A program made the translations under genes and the position numbers. 64,000 bases of DNA from Felis catus (Eukaryota). Shown here one piece after another: positions 38,579 to 51,615 of the stretch. The stretch covers positions 207,454,001-207,518,000 of the forward strand of contig NC_058368.1 of NCBI RefSeq assembly GCF_018350175.1, in the 5' to 3' direction. The notes below the pieces were generated by a model, which did no database searches, was not told the DNA's origin, and saw nothing but the letters and a program-made list of their open reading frames with translations. Each line of letters opens with the position of its first letter. Within the stretch, counting starts at the first letter, position 1.

Positions 38579-38975
38579 GTATTGTGGGCTGAATTGTGCC
38601 CACCCCCAATTCATATGTCGAAGCCCTAACCTCCAATACCTCAGAAAATGACTGTTTGGGGAGATAGGGTCTTTAAAGAGGTAATCAAGTTAAAATGTGT
38701 TCATTGGGGGGGGGGTGCTCTGATCCAATGTGACTTATAAAAAGAGTCCTTATGAGAAGAACAAATTTGAACACAGGCCGTAGAGAGGAAAGACCATGTG
38801 AAGACACAGGGACAAGATGGCCATTTAGAAGCCAAGGCGAGGCCTCAGAAGAAATCAACCCTGCAGATACCTTGATCTCAGACTTCTAGACTTCAGAAGT
38901 GTAAGAAAATAAATTTCTATTGTTTAAGCCACACAGTCTGTAGTATCTGGTTATGACAGAACCAGTAAACCAACA
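38579..38975 (+). mobile_element. MaLR solo LTR (MLT1B-like)
   Basis: gggctgaattgtgccc...gataccttgatctcagacttctag...aaataaatttctattgtttaagccac. Confidence 0.85.
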
Positions 38976-39913
38976 AATACCCTGTGCCTGATATCTAGAG
39001 GGCTGTAAGTCTCCTCCCAAGGCAAGGATGTCATCAGGAGACGTTCCTATGGGGTCATCCATGGGTCATTCATGAGATAAATCCAAATCATGGTCTGGGG
39101 GGCAATAAAAGATCAAAGGCAGAGCTCTGTACTGAGTCCAGACTGTGAGTTAAATCTACAAAAAAGAAAAGAAGTTCTCAAGTTAGAAGCTAAAAAGGAA
39201 GGGAGTCGGTGTGATGTGGTGCTGTTTTTCATGCAAAGGATGTTAGAGAACAGTCGATAGGCAATGCCAGTATTTTTGGAGCAGGGTCTTGCTACCTATG
39301 TGTGAAATAGATGAACCACATTTCTCATCAGCCCCCATCACTGGCTGGGTCCTAGGCTTGCTCAACAAAGGATTCTAACTCATTCTGGAGTATTTGCAGT
39401 GGATTTTACCTCCCCATACATGATCCTTCAGTCTGTACTGTACCCTCTGGACTAGTTATTCACTGAAGCTGATCTCATCGGCAGATGAGAAAGATAAAAG
39501 TATCATACCCCTGGTCTATCAGTGCAGTTTCTACACCCAAGAGATAATCTCTTTGGGGGAGATGTTAAGACAAAATTCTAATGTGATCATCTGAGTAAGT
39601 GATAAATATAAAAAAAAGATAAACAGGAGGAGATAACCTAGTTGAAGGCAACAGGACTAATACTAGAGAAACAAAGTTATTGGAAAGATCCATGCAGACA
39701 TTAGTAGATAGAACCTAGAGGAATTCCTGAAATTAATGATAAAGTACCTCAGTGACATTTTCAGGTTCGTGGTGGCTTCAAGTTTGGGTTCTATTGATAT
39801 AATGGGTACCCCCAACTAACTTGAATTCTACCCCTTCAGATTCATGAATATCCTCCAGACGTAGCCAAGCATCATTTCCCAACATTGCATGAATATGAGA
39901 ATCAACTATGGTC

Positions 39914-40548
39914 CTTTTTTTTTCTTCCAAGATTTTATTTAAATTCAAATTACTTAACGTATAGTGTAATATTGGTTTTAAGAGTAGAATTTCATGATTC
40001 ATCACTTACATATATCACATGTGCCCTCCTTAATGTCTTTCACCTGTTTAGCCCATCCCTGCACCCACCTCACATCTAGAAACTCTGTGTGTTCTCTATA
40101 GTTAAGAATCTGTTATGGTTTGTCTCTCTGTTTTTATCTTATTTTATCTTCCCTTCCCTTCTTCTATGTTCATTTGTTTTGTTTCTTAAATTCCACATAT
40201 GGGTGAAATCATATGGTATTTCTGTTTCTGTGACTTATTTCCCTTAGCATAATACACTCTAGCTCCATTACCATTGCAAATGGCCAGATTTCACTCTTTT
40301 TGATGGCCAAGTAATATTCCTTTATGCACACATATACCACATCTTCTTTATCCATTCATCAGTTGATGGACATTTGGACTCTTTCCATAATTTGGCTATT
40401 ATTGATAACGCTGCTGTAAACATTAGGTGCATTGACTGAATATTTTTGTAACATTTGAATGAGTAGTGCAATTGCTGGGTCATAGGTAGCTTTATCTTCA
40501 ACCTTCTGAGGAACCGCCACACTGTTTTCCAGAATGGTTGCACCATTC
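39914..40548 (-). mobile_element. Carnivore L1 3' fragment
   Basis: Minus-strand ORF2 C-terminal peptide (WKTVWRFL...KCPSTDEWIKKMWY) plus 3'UTR and poly-T. Confidence 0.9.
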
Positions 40549-41067
40549 CTATTCCAATAACAAGCTGAACAGGATTGAAAGTTTCCTAGCTCACTGATAT
40601 TGTTATTTAGAATAAAATCTCTTTTAGATCAGGGATCATAGTTCTTGTTTTATTTTGTTTTGTTCTTTTGCACACCATTATACCCCTCATGCCTAGCAAA
40701 TAGAGACAGTTAATAAATATTTGATGAATGGATAAATGAAAGGATGCATGAAGGAATGAGCTAATTAAATGAAATATATCATTGCAAAAGTGGTTATGAC
40801 ATAATAGAGAACAAGATTATATACAAATAGATGCAGAGAAAAATAAATTACACGAGGAGTTTAGGGAATGCTCATGGGGAAAAAACACATTATGCCCAAG
40901 ATGAGATCACGTAATAAGTAGGAAATAGAAGGTCAAAAGGCCTGAAGACATGAGAAAAAGTAGCTTATCTTGGGAACTTCAAGTTCAATGTGGCTAAAGT
41001 TTTGATGGAGAAAGTGAGGATGAAGAATGAGGAAGGAGATAGGCTGTACAGAGCTCTCTAGACCATG

Positions 41068-41561
41068 TGTCCTAGTTTCCCACTACAGCTGTGACAAATT
41101 ACCACAAATTGGTGGCTTAAAGTGATACAAATGTATTATGTTACAGTTCTAAAGGTCAGAAGTCTCAAGTGGGTCTCACTGGACCAAAATCAGAGTGCTA
41201 GCAGGGTTACATTCCTTTCTGGAGGCTCTAGGGAAGAATCCATTTTCTTGGTTTTTCCAGCTTCTGGAAGATGCCTACATTCCTTGGTTCATGGTTTCCT
41301 TCCTTCTTCACAGCCAGCAATAGCCAGTGGAGTCCCTTTTCATGTTTTGAATTTCTCCTACTTCTTCTGTCTTCATACCTCCCTGATATGCTCTTCTGCT
41401 TTTTAGGAACCCACATGTTTAGAATGAGTTCACCCAGATGATACAGAATAATCTTCTCTTAGTCACACCTGCAAAGTCCCGTCTGCCATGTGAGGTGAAC
41501 ATTCATAGATTCTAGGGATCAGGATGTGGACATCTTTGGGCATCACTATTCGGCCTGCCAC
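41068..41561 (-). mobile_element. MaLR solo LTR (MLT1D-like)
   Basis: gctgtgacaaattaccacaaattggtggcttaaa ... cacacctgcaaagtccc ... ggacatctttggg. Confidence 0.8.
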
Positions 41562-41569
41562 GCCATGTT

Positions 41570-42500
41570 AGAAAATTTGGGCTTTATCATAAAAGTGATA
41601 GGAAGCGTAAATAAACATTTTCAGAAGGGGAATGATATGATCAAATCCTGCATTTTTAAAAGATCCTTGTGTATGATTTATGGAAACTGGATTAGGGAAA
41701 AAAGTATTGTCATCTGGGAGAGATGTAATGTTAGCGTAGAGCAGAAAAGTGTCTGGCAGAGATGAAGGGCAAATGGACTTGAGAGTTATTTATGAGACTA
41801 AATAACAGGTTTTTGTTGTTGATTAGATACAGAAGATGAGTGGGAGGGTTGCAGGCTAAGAGAGACAATATCCAAGTCTCTGGCCAGGGCGACTGCATAA
41901 ATGGAAGTGCCATTTACCAGGACAATACAGGGCAAGCAGCAGCTTTGAAAGGAGGGGAAAATAATGAATTTGTTTGGAGAATATGGTGAGTTCAATGGGG
42001 CATAATGAAATCCAAATGCAGACATCCAATTGGGAGTTATATCCAAGAGCTTAAAATTCAAGAGAGATGTCTGGACTGCAGACTTCTCTCTCAATGTCAT
42101 TAGTATGTGCATGGAAACCAAAGCCCTGAGAAAGTGTAGACATTTTTTAAAAGACAGGTTCAAGACAGGGCCTTGAGGAAAAACAGCCTTTCAGAGACTG
42201 TCTAAGGAGGAGGAGCCTACATAGTCTAGGAGAACTGGGCAGCAGAGAAAGAAGAAATGTAAGGAGTTCAGTAGCATTCAGTCTGAGGGAAGAGGCTGTT
42301 TTTAAACAGCCAGAATGGCCAACTGCATTGACAGCTGTGAGGAAGTCAATAAGACAGGCACTGAAAGGACCAAGTGTGCCACATAGCTGTCTGTCATCAT
42401 TGACTCTGGCAAGAGCAGTGTCCTTGGGGCAGGAGGACTGAACAGTGATTGGGAGGTTAGGAGCAGGAGATAGGGTGCAAACTACTCTTTGAAGATAGAA
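41570..42500 (-). mobile_element. L2 relic
   Basis: Purine-rich antisense L2-like sequence (aagggaatgatatgatc-type and gagagatgtctggactgcagac motifs). Confidence 0.6.
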
Positions 42501-42634
42501 AAAAGGAGGAGAGAATTTCAGAGGTAGCTAACGGGACACATAGTGGTGAAAGAGAGGAAACTTTTTTTTTTTTTTTAATGAAAGAGAAACATAAATATGT
42601 TTATAACAATTCCTTTAAGAAGCGACATTGTGGA

Positions 42635-42848
42635 GGGGTGCCTGGGTGACTCAGTCGGTTAAGCGTCCGACTTCTGCTCAGGTCATGATCTCACAGTTCA
42701 TGAGTTCAAGCCCCGCATCAGGCTCTGTGCTGACAGCTCGGAGCCTGGAACCTGCTTCAGATTCTGTGTCTCCCTCTCTCTCTGTCCCTCCCCCCGCCCA
42801 TGCTCTGTCTCTCAAAAATAAACAGTAAAAAAAAAAATTTTTTTTAAA
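42635..42848 (+). mobile_element. CAN-SINE
   Basis: TSD taagaagYgacattgtg at 42616-42632 and 42849-42865. Confidence 0.95.
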
Positions 42849-43194
42849 TAAGAAGTGACATTGTGAAGGACAGGAGGGAAATGGGGGTGCCTGGAAGGGA
42901 CTCAGAAAGAGTGTTTTATTTGCTTATTCATTTGCTTGTTTCTGCTTAATGGCAAAGACTTGAACACAATATATTACAAATTGAAAAACAGTTGGTAGCA
43001 AGGAAGAGTTTTAATGGAGGACAAATACAATTGGTCAAAGTCTCAGAGAAGTGCTGGAATCTGGAGACTCTGTGGAGGGATTGGCCTTACCTAGCCACCC
43101 TTCTGGAGTAAGAGACTGTGCTCTAGAAAGAGTAGGTACCAGTTCAGGGAAGTGGGGGCAGGACATTTATAGGATTCTTGTTCAGTGGCTTTTG

Positions 43195-43215
43195 CTTTTG
43201 TTTCCTTTTCTTTCC

Positions 43216-43246
<31 letters not shown>

Positions 43247-43275
43247 CTTTTCTTTTCTTTTCTTTTCTTTCCTTT

Positions 43276-43322
<47 letters not shown>

Positions 43323-43335
43323 CTTTCTTTCTTTC
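43195..43335. repeat. (CTTTT)n(CTTT)n tract
   Basis: Direct reading. Confidence 0.95.
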
Positions 43336-43788
43336 ATTGAATGATATAGTAATCCAAGGAGGTGTTGCAACCAGAAGAGATCCAAATAGTGAACAGAAGA
43401 AGAAAGAATTGTTCAAAGCCAGAAAAACGCTGCTGAGCTTTGGGTCTAGAGGGAGGAGGGGAAGGCTACAAGTGCCAAAATATATGCCTTAAAATCCATT
43501 ACGGTAAGCGGTAAGTCCTGAAGCGGAGAGTGAAGTGGTCGGGCTTGCAGTTTAGGCCACGCACGGTGAGCGGGAGGAGGTCTTCGTCTACCAGGTGCAA
43601 GCTCCCAGAGTGCCTGGGCCCCCTGGCTGGAATTTTCAAGAGAACCAGGTCACCAGAGGCTTTCTCAGACTCTGGGGGATGCAAAGTGAAACAAGGTGCT
43701 TCACTGAGTTCATAAGTTGTTTGGAAATAAGTGACTAATCCGTGTAAAACAGGTAGCGGGAAGACCTGCTGGTTTTCCTCATCACCAT

Positions 43789-43882
43789 TGTTTTCAATGC
43801 AATTTATTGTCAAATTGGTTTCCATCCAGCACCCGGTGCTCATCCCAACAGGTGCCCTCCTCAGTGCCCGTCACCCACTTTC
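43789..43882 (-). mobile_element. ~95-bp L1 3' end with TSD
   Basis: TSD tcctcatcaccat at 43776-43788 and 43883-43895. Confidence 0.88.
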
Positions 43883-44134
43883 TCCTCATCACCATGATTC
43901 CAGGCATCGTTAGATTCAAAGTTAAATTACAAAGCTGTACGAGAATTCAACAACAAAACCAGTTGAAAATACAAAGCAGCATGTGATCAAATGTCAAATG
44001 AGAGATATGGTAAACGGATACGTCCTTTGATTTTACAAGGCAGAAAAGTAGTAAAGAAATTAGACCGGCTTGTGAAGGCTTCTTGGAAACAGGCACGTGT
44101 CATGCCACGAAGTTGACGCATTCTGTTGTCTTAG

Positions 44135-44240
44135 TTTTACCCCAGAGACCGGACAAGAGAATGAGACACCACTTCCGATAGACTGCAGAATGAGTTCCTG
44201 GAGCGAATGGTCAGTATGTGACCCTTGCCTCAAACAAATG
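44135..44240 (+). CDS. C9: C9 exon 2 (start of TSP1 domain)
   Basis: gtcttag acceptor; [35 protein letters not shown] with WxxW motif; donor gtaagt; 106 nt. Confidence 0.95.
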
Positions 44241-44639
44241 GTAAGTATTCATTGTCATTCCCTCGGCTGATGTCCCCAAATGGAAACTGGGTTGCCGGTA
44301 TCTCCAGGAAAAGGACTGGAGGGAGGGAGCCCCCCAGCTGAATTCCAAACTGAGATGGAAAGATGGATATCTAAAGGGAAGAGTCTCATCCTGCTCGGAA
44401 ATCTGAATGTGGTGGATACTACTAAATGACGTCACGAGGAACCAGATTCTGCAGGAGAGACTGCCGACCCTAGAACGCCAGGTGTCACTGTCACAAGCAT
44501 TAGTGACTGCTTTTAGGGCTTCCATCGTAAAACCATAGACTCATCTGGGAGTAGAAGGCTACAGTGCTGTGGATGCAGTTTTAGACGTTATTCCTTTTTG
44601 GCGTTAGAAATTCTAATGTTTCCAGCTGGTTTTGTGCAG

Positions 44640-44784
44640 TTTCGTTCAAGGAACATTGAGGCCTTTGGGCAATTTAAGGGGCAAAAGTGCGTGGATGCTG
44701 TGGGAGACAGAAGACTGTGTGAGCCTACTGAGCCCTGCAGAGACCTGGAGGAAGACTGTGGGAATGAGTTTAAATGTGGCACAG
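44640..44784 (+). CDS. C9: C9 exon 3 (TSP1 end, LDLRA start)
   Basis: tttgtgcag acceptor; [29 protein letters not shown]...[10 protein letters not shown]; donor gtaatg; 145 nt. Confidence 0.96.
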
Positions 44785-45027
44785 GTAATGCTTGCATCCT
44801 CCTTGCTCATTGTGGGCTTCTGTGTGCACTCATGAGCAAAAAAAAAAAAAAACACGTCTGCTTTGACACGCTTATGGTTGCAAGTGTGAAAGGTACCAGT
44901 AAAAGGGCCACCTATAAATGTTGTACAAAGAATTCAAATGTATGCGCATTCCCTCCCCTCTGTCATTAAAGTACAATTGATAACTTCAGGAAGAGAGGAA
45001 ATTTGGCATTAGACTCACAGTATCTTT

Positions 45028-45545
45028 TTTTTTCTTTTTTAAATATAATTTATTGTCAAGTTAGGTAACATACAGTTTATACAGTGTGATCTTGGCTTCA
45101 GGAGTAGATTCCCATGATTCATTGCTTACATACAACACCCGGTGCTCATCCCAACAAGTGCCCTCCTCAGTGCCCATTACCCATTTTCCCCTCCCTCCCC
45201 CCTTCAACCTTCAGTTTGTTCTCTGGATTTAATAGTCTCTTATGGTTTGACTCCCTCTCTGTTTGAAACTATTTTCCTCTTCCCCTCCCCCCGTCATCCT
45301 CTGTTAAGTTTCCACATATGAGTGAAAACGTATGATATCTGTCTTTCTCTAGCTGACTTATTTCACTTAGCATAATACCTTCCATTTCCATCCACGTTGT
45401 TGCAAATGGCAAGATTTAGCACTATCAACAATAGCCAAATTATAGAAAGAGCCCAAATGTCCATCGACTGATGAATGGATAAAGAAGATGTGGTTTATAT
45501 ATACAATGGGATACTACTTGGCAATGAGAAAGAATGAAACCTTGC
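45028..45545 (-). mobile_element. 5'-inverted (twin-primed) L1 insertion
   Basis: Antisense tail/3'UTR 45028-45417 joined to a sense L1 segment 45418-45545; TSD cacagtRtcttt at 45016-45027 and 45546-45557. Confidence 0.88.
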
Positions 45546-45574
45546 CACAGTGTCTTTCTTGATTTTGATTGCAG

Positions 45575-45722
45575 GCAGATGCATAAAGAGGCGACTTCTG
45601 TGTAATGGTGACAATGACTGCGGGGACTTTTCAGATGAGGATGATTGTGAAAGTGATCCCCGTCCTCCCTGCCGTGACAGAGTAGTGGAAGAATCCGAAC
45701 TGGCCCGGACAGCAGGCTATGG
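45575..45722 (+). CDS. C9: C9 exon 4 (LDLRA domain, MACPF start)
   Basis: attgcag acceptor; [49 protein letters not shown]; donor gtctgt; 148 nt. Confidence 0.95.
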
Positions 45723-46862
45723 GTCTGTACTTGGCTTAAATGTTTCTCCTTGAGGATGAAAGTGACCTCTATCTCCCCTGCTGTGCTGGGGTGACGGAGG
45801 GTCTGAGTTACAGAGTAGCTCATGGGTCCGCTTTCTGTTTGAATTATGCTTGAGCTTGAAAGAAGGTAAAGTGCTGAATCAGTATCTCCAGATAATTTGG
45901 ACACGCTGTCCAGCCTTAGTAGAGGGTCCATAGAATCAGGATGATAGGTGATTATTTGAGTCCAATAGGAGATGAAGCACCTCATTTGTGAACCTCTGGA
46001 AGGCCATAGCAATGTTAAAGTGATATGTTAACACTTGAAATTGAAATCGCCTGTGGTTGGTCTGGCAATTCAATTCAAATATTTGAATTGTCAGCAAGGC
46101 TGCCTTCCACTGGAACTTGTCCCACATCTACACCCGGTTGTAAGTTCTCAGGAGTTTCCTGCCTTGTAGAGTTGACCCAGGAGGAATAGGGCAGAATAAT
46201 CTGTTCTGATGCCTGATGGCAACGGTGTTGAGACTCTGGTTCTCATCACCAGATGAAGTTCCATCCATGTTCTACATAGGAGCTCTGGGCAGCTAAGCTC
46301 AGGTGAGAAGTCTTGGACAGTTTAGAACTCAGAGGTCTGCAGAATAAGGACCTTTACCCAGAGATCTGTGCCCTAGGAATTAGAAAAATGACATAAGCCC
46401 CAGGTGCTATCCTGTTCCAAATAGAGGACACCCCAGGAATGTCTACAGCATACTTTCCAATTGTGGTTCTGAGCTTTCTTCAGTGAAGGGACTTTTGGTG
46501 GATTTGTTGGCAAATTGTACTCAACAGAGACAGCTGTTCCCACATCCAGTGGTGTATTGACAGAGATGGCACATGGCTCTGTTTCGTTGCCTGTAGTGCA
46601 ATGTGTCTTATCAACCTCGTAATCCCAGTGCCTGGTTCATCATAGGCACTCATTAAATACTGGTAGGTAGATATATAGAGGAATTAATTAATTGATTGAT
46701 TAATGAAAATAAGTGCTTCTAAAATACTGTCAACTGGCATCAGGTAAGATTGAAACTGGGTACCTGGAAACTCAGGTTCAGGACTCGAGTCCTGGAAATG
46801 GGGATAGGGAGAGGCAAGAAGAAGATGTGGGTGACGGTAAAAGCAAGAGGAAGAACTAAGGT

Positions 46863-47078
46863 ACTGGTTCTCAACCAGAGGCGATTTTTTTTCCCCAGAG
46901 GACACTTAGCAATGTCCGGAAACTATTTTGCTGGTCACAACAGTGGGGTATGGGATGGAGGACCCAGGGGGTGAGGGAGCACTGCTGATATTCAGTGGGT
47001 AGAGGCCCTGGATGATGCTAACCATCCTGCAGTGCACAGGACCCACAATGTCATTGGTGCTCAGACTGAAATCTTATA
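46863..47078. mobile_element. MER20-like hAT MITE
   Basis: tggttctcaaccagaggcgattttt...cagtgggtagaggccctggatgatgctaaccatcctgcagtgcacagga. Confidence 0.8.
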
Positions 47079-49334
47079 CCAAGGCAGGGGGCAGTTCCTA
47101 AGGTAAGACCCCTGCATTGGTTTGGCTACAAGTGGAGACGTCTTCTCTCTCTAAACCAGATGGAACTTGTGCTTGTTGAATCACAGTAAGGAAAAAACTC
47201 CAGGAGACCAAGAGTCAGTCAGGCACCAGATAAAACATTTCACACATCCTCTATCCACTTTATGAAATCTTGTCCTAGCAGCATTCAAGTATTGCCCACT
47301 AATACTAAGTGTCTTTGGCCTTTAGCCTAAAGGTAGGAGTCTTGAATCCAATGTATAATAGTTTTTGTCTCCAGACTCAGGAGGTTATTTTAACAATTGT
47401 TAGTAAATGGTATGGGCGTTGTCTGCAACCTTATAACCAGATTGCTGTATGCTCCAGTGAGTTCTGACTCTTCTTGCTGTTTTCTTCAAGGAGATACTGT
47501 GAGCCCCTGGTGAAAGTCCATTGTCACTTTGTTTTGTTTTGTTGTAGATCCAAGAAACAGTTTTCTCTCTAATCTAAACAGATGGGCTTGAAGGTGGGCA
47601 TTGCATATGTTATGCATTTTCACACAAGGCAAATTTACACCCTGTCTTATAAAAGGCTACAGAAATTGTAGCCCACTTAGCTGAAACACAATCATTCATA
47701 ATCTATTGGTTTTCTTTGCTCAGAGAAAAGAAAAATTTCATATCAAGCATTTGTAGGAAGTTATATGATGAGGCATTCCAGAGAGCTGGCTGGGACTCCC
47801 TAAATACATCATGCTTTACCACCGTAAGGCCTGATGGAAGGGAACGTCAGAGGGCTGACTGTTCGAGACCAAGAAAGAGGGTGGGGCCCCAGCTACGGGA
47901 GAAGGTTGGCTGCAGAGGTGGAAAATGAGGTTGGTCCCCACAGAATAAGTCCACCAGCATTTTTTAATTAAATTCCCTACTACCATGAGCAATAACCTAT
48001 AACTAACTTAGGCTTCATAAAGCCTATTACTCTCCAACAGCTTTCATTTGCATAATACTTTGAACTTTTCAGCACCTTTTTCTACGTTGTTTCTCTATAG
48101 CTTTCCATAATAATCCTGTGAGGCTGTCAGGGGAGTTATTATATTCATTTTACAGATAAAAACTGAGTGAAGCAAATAAAACCAGTTTAGTCTCTTTAGA
48201 TTCTAGCAGAACTCTTTAGTCTCTAGTGGAACTGAAACCCACATTTCTCTGACTTTTATAAAACTAGATTTGTTTCACCATCACCCTGGCCTTCTGTCCA
48301 CATGCTCATCATGCCACCCACATCACCATCACTGCAAAGCCCATGAATCAACACTTTATCTTCAAAGTAAAACTAACCTTAGAAAATAAAACTCCTTAGG
48401 TTGCTATTTATTACCCACATTTTTGAATTAAGAATATTGAAGAATAGTATAAATCAGTAATTAATATTTAAGAAGTTTCCAAAATGACATGCTTTATTAG
48501 ATTTGACATATTCAATCCCATTAATGTTGCATATTTATTTACGATGCATCTCCATTATTCTTCTAAGGGCCTAATGGGATATATTGAATAGAGGTAATAG
48601 GAGTAAACACCCTAGTCAGAGCAACATGCTTGTAAACTGCTTCTACACAGTCCAATCTGGAAACTCTCACTGAGCCTTATCAGCAGTCATACACAGCCAG
48701 ATTCTTTTACACATGAAAGTCACAAGTCATTACCTACAGTCCTTAACTTATATGTGTTTTTCATTTGAAGGACTCCCACTTAAATTCTTAATGCCAAGAG
48801 AATTCCCTTGTATCACAAATGTTTCCGCCTCTTGCCTTGTAGGCATCTGAGATTCTCCAGAAGTGTTTAGGGAAATCCCCAGCTCATCTTGCATTCATTG
48901 AAAAAATATAAATCCAAACCATCTGTAAATGATGTACAGCATGCAATGAATTACTTTTTTTTTTTAATGTGCTCTAAGCATAACACCACTTCTGTGGAAG
49001 GATCTTTGTTTTCTGTTTACCTGGTAAATTGGAACCGTCTATGGTTCTAGATGCTGGCGTGAAAACAGGCACCTCTAGGTGCTGACAAAATGTACATGCT
49101 TTTTTTAATTTCCCAGGCGATGACATTCCATCCATGAGAAGTTTTCATGTTTCTTGGCTGAAAAAAAAGTTGGCTCATTCTAGACTAGACTGGCTGTCTC
49201 TGTAGTAGTGGAACCAAGTCAAAAGTTTTGAAACATTTCTTCCTTAGTTGTGCTTTAGACTGTGGATCAGCTTCATTGTAACTTTCCAGATGGATGCAGC
49301 CAACTAGTCAATTTGCTGTTCTGTAAAACAAAAC

Positions 49335-50230
49335 CTACAAAGTGGGGTATGCATACCATGGGGTGCAAAAAAGACTTTCTAAGGGGCAGGTAAGTTTTCA
49401 CATAGTAGTTTCCTCAACTATTAGTGGCTTAACTACTCTATTGGACTGACAGGAAATCTTCGATTCCATACATATATATTGTTCATAAACTTAATAAGCT
49501 TAACAACTCCGTGGCATTCAGGTTATCAAACCCATTCTCCCCTTTCATCTCCCCTTTTAAAATCACTGAGCTTTCACTTTCCAAAAGGAGAATACACCCC
49601 TTACCCATCTAAATTTTACCATGTGGAAGAACCAAGAAACGTCTCCAAATATTGCTGCTGAGTTGGGCTCCAACGCCTTGTAAGTCAACTGGTCTCTCAC
49701 TCTTTTTATCAACAACACTGAAAGATATTCTAATCAATTGTCAGACAATGGGCTATGAAAATAATTTTTAATGAAAAACTAGTCTGTGACCTTTTTTTGG
49801 CATACGTCTCAGAAGATCAAAGAATCAAGTGACATTGCCATGGCAAAATTCCTTCTATTCTTATCTACTTATGTACATGAGTAAAGTTTCTCAGCATTTA
49901 CATCTATAAAAATAGAAAGTAGGAATACAGTTGATCATGAATCTTGTCTTTTTCTAGCAATAATATTCACCCACAAGGGCAGGAACTCATCAATTAATCT
50001 AAAAAGAAGTCCCATTCATTTCACTGAGACACCATTCCCCCACCCCCGCAATTACTTATGTTTATTTCTTTAAAATTTTTAATACTTATATATACTGATA
50101 ATAATAATAACAACTCAATCCAGAGGAACTTTTAATTACTTAGACCCTATGGTCAAAAGGTATCTTGAAATTTTAGAAATTTCAGTTAATATCTTTTTAG
50201 TACAGAAAAGTATAAAAAAGTAATCAATTA
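49335..50230 (+). mobile_element. hAT-Charlie transposon relic with decayed transposase C-terminus
   Basis: 49846-49959 translates KFLLFLSTYVHE*SFSAFTSIKIESRNTVDHESCLFLA, resembling the hAT dimerisation motif; boundaries approximate. Confidence 0.65.
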
Positions 50231-50241
50231 AAACTTCCAAG

Positions 50242-51234
50242 ATATCTGCACTGAAAAGGAAACAATCAACAAAACTAAAAGGCAACCGATGGAATGGGAA
50301 AAGGTATTTTCAAATGACATATCAGACAAAGAGCTAGTATCCAAAATCTATAAAGAACTCACCAAACTCCACACCCAAAAAACAAATAATCCAGTGAAGA
50401 AATGAGCAGAACACATGAATGGACACTTTTCTAAAGAAGACATCCAGATGGCCAACAGGCACATGAAAGATGCTCAACCTCACTCCTCATCATGGAAATA
50501 CAAATCAAAACAACACTGAGATACCACCTCATGCCAGTCAGAGTGGCTAAAATGAACAAATCAGGAGACTATAGATGCTGGCGAGGATGTGGAGAAACGG
50601 GAACCCTCTTGCACTGTTGGTGGGAATGCAAACTGGTGCAGCCGCTCTGGAAAGCAGTGTGGAGGTTCCTCAGAAAATTAAAAATAGACCTACCCTATGA
50701 CCCAGCAATAGCACTACTAGGAACTTACCCAACAGATACAGGAGTGCTGATGCATAGAGGCACTTATACCCCAATATTTATAACAGCACTTTCAACAATA
50801 GCCAAATTATGGGAAGAGCCTAAATGTTCATCAACTGACGAAGGATAAAGAAGATATGGTTTATATATACAACGGAATACTACTTGGCAATGAGAAAGAA
50901 TGAAATCTGGCTATTTGTAGCAACGTGGACGGAACTGGAGAGTGTTGTGCTAAGTGAAATAAGTCATACAGAGAAAGACAGATACCATATGTTTTCACTC
51001 ATATGTGGATCCTGAGAAACTTAACAGAAGACCATGGGGGAGGGGAAGGGGAAAAAAAAGTTACAGGAAAGGAAGTAGGCAAATCATAAGAGACTCTTAA
51101 ATACTGAGAACAAACTGAGGGTTGATGGGTGGAGGGAGGGGAAAGTGGGTGATGGGTATTGAGGAGAGCACCTGTTGGGATGAGCAACGGGTGTTGTATG
51201 GAAACCAATTTGACAATAAATGATATAAATAAAA
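50242..51234 (+). mobile_element. 5'-truncated carnivore L1 (~1 kb; ORF2 C-terminus, 3'UTR, A tail)
   Basis: ORF2 peptide [21 protein letters not shown]...[12 protein letters not shown]; flanking aaaa(c/a)ttccaag TSD. Confidence 0.95.
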
Positions 51235-51615
51235 AAAAATTCCAAGCTAAAATAACATCACATTAGATGAAAATTCTGTGGAATTGGAATAGAAATATGG
51301 ATTCAAGAATAAAAAGGGGTAAGTGCATATGAACAATCTTTGTATCTTTCACTCATTTTGTAGTGAACCTAAAACTTCTCTGAAAAATAAATTGTCTTTT
51401 TAAAAAAAGGAATCAAAAAGAATATCATAAACTGTCTAGTTGCTAAAGATATATAAACATTGCAGTGATTTGATACCCACCCAATACTATGGCATTTCAT
51501 TGGATTTATTTTAAAAAGAGGCAAAACAATCGTATTTTAAGGTGTAAATAAATATTTGTAGCCTGCTGAGAAATTACACCCTTTGCAACTACTCAAACTT
51601 AAGATGAAAAATTTT

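Noticed and set aside
45440..46012. 190-aa antisense ORF over C9 exon 4
   Set aside because: Chimera of intron, antisense exon and L1 sequence.
50492..50848. L1 ORF2 C-terminal ORF as a functional or domesticated gene
   Set aside because: 5'-truncated 1-kb copy with stops and frameshifts on both sides; no RT or endonuclease domain.
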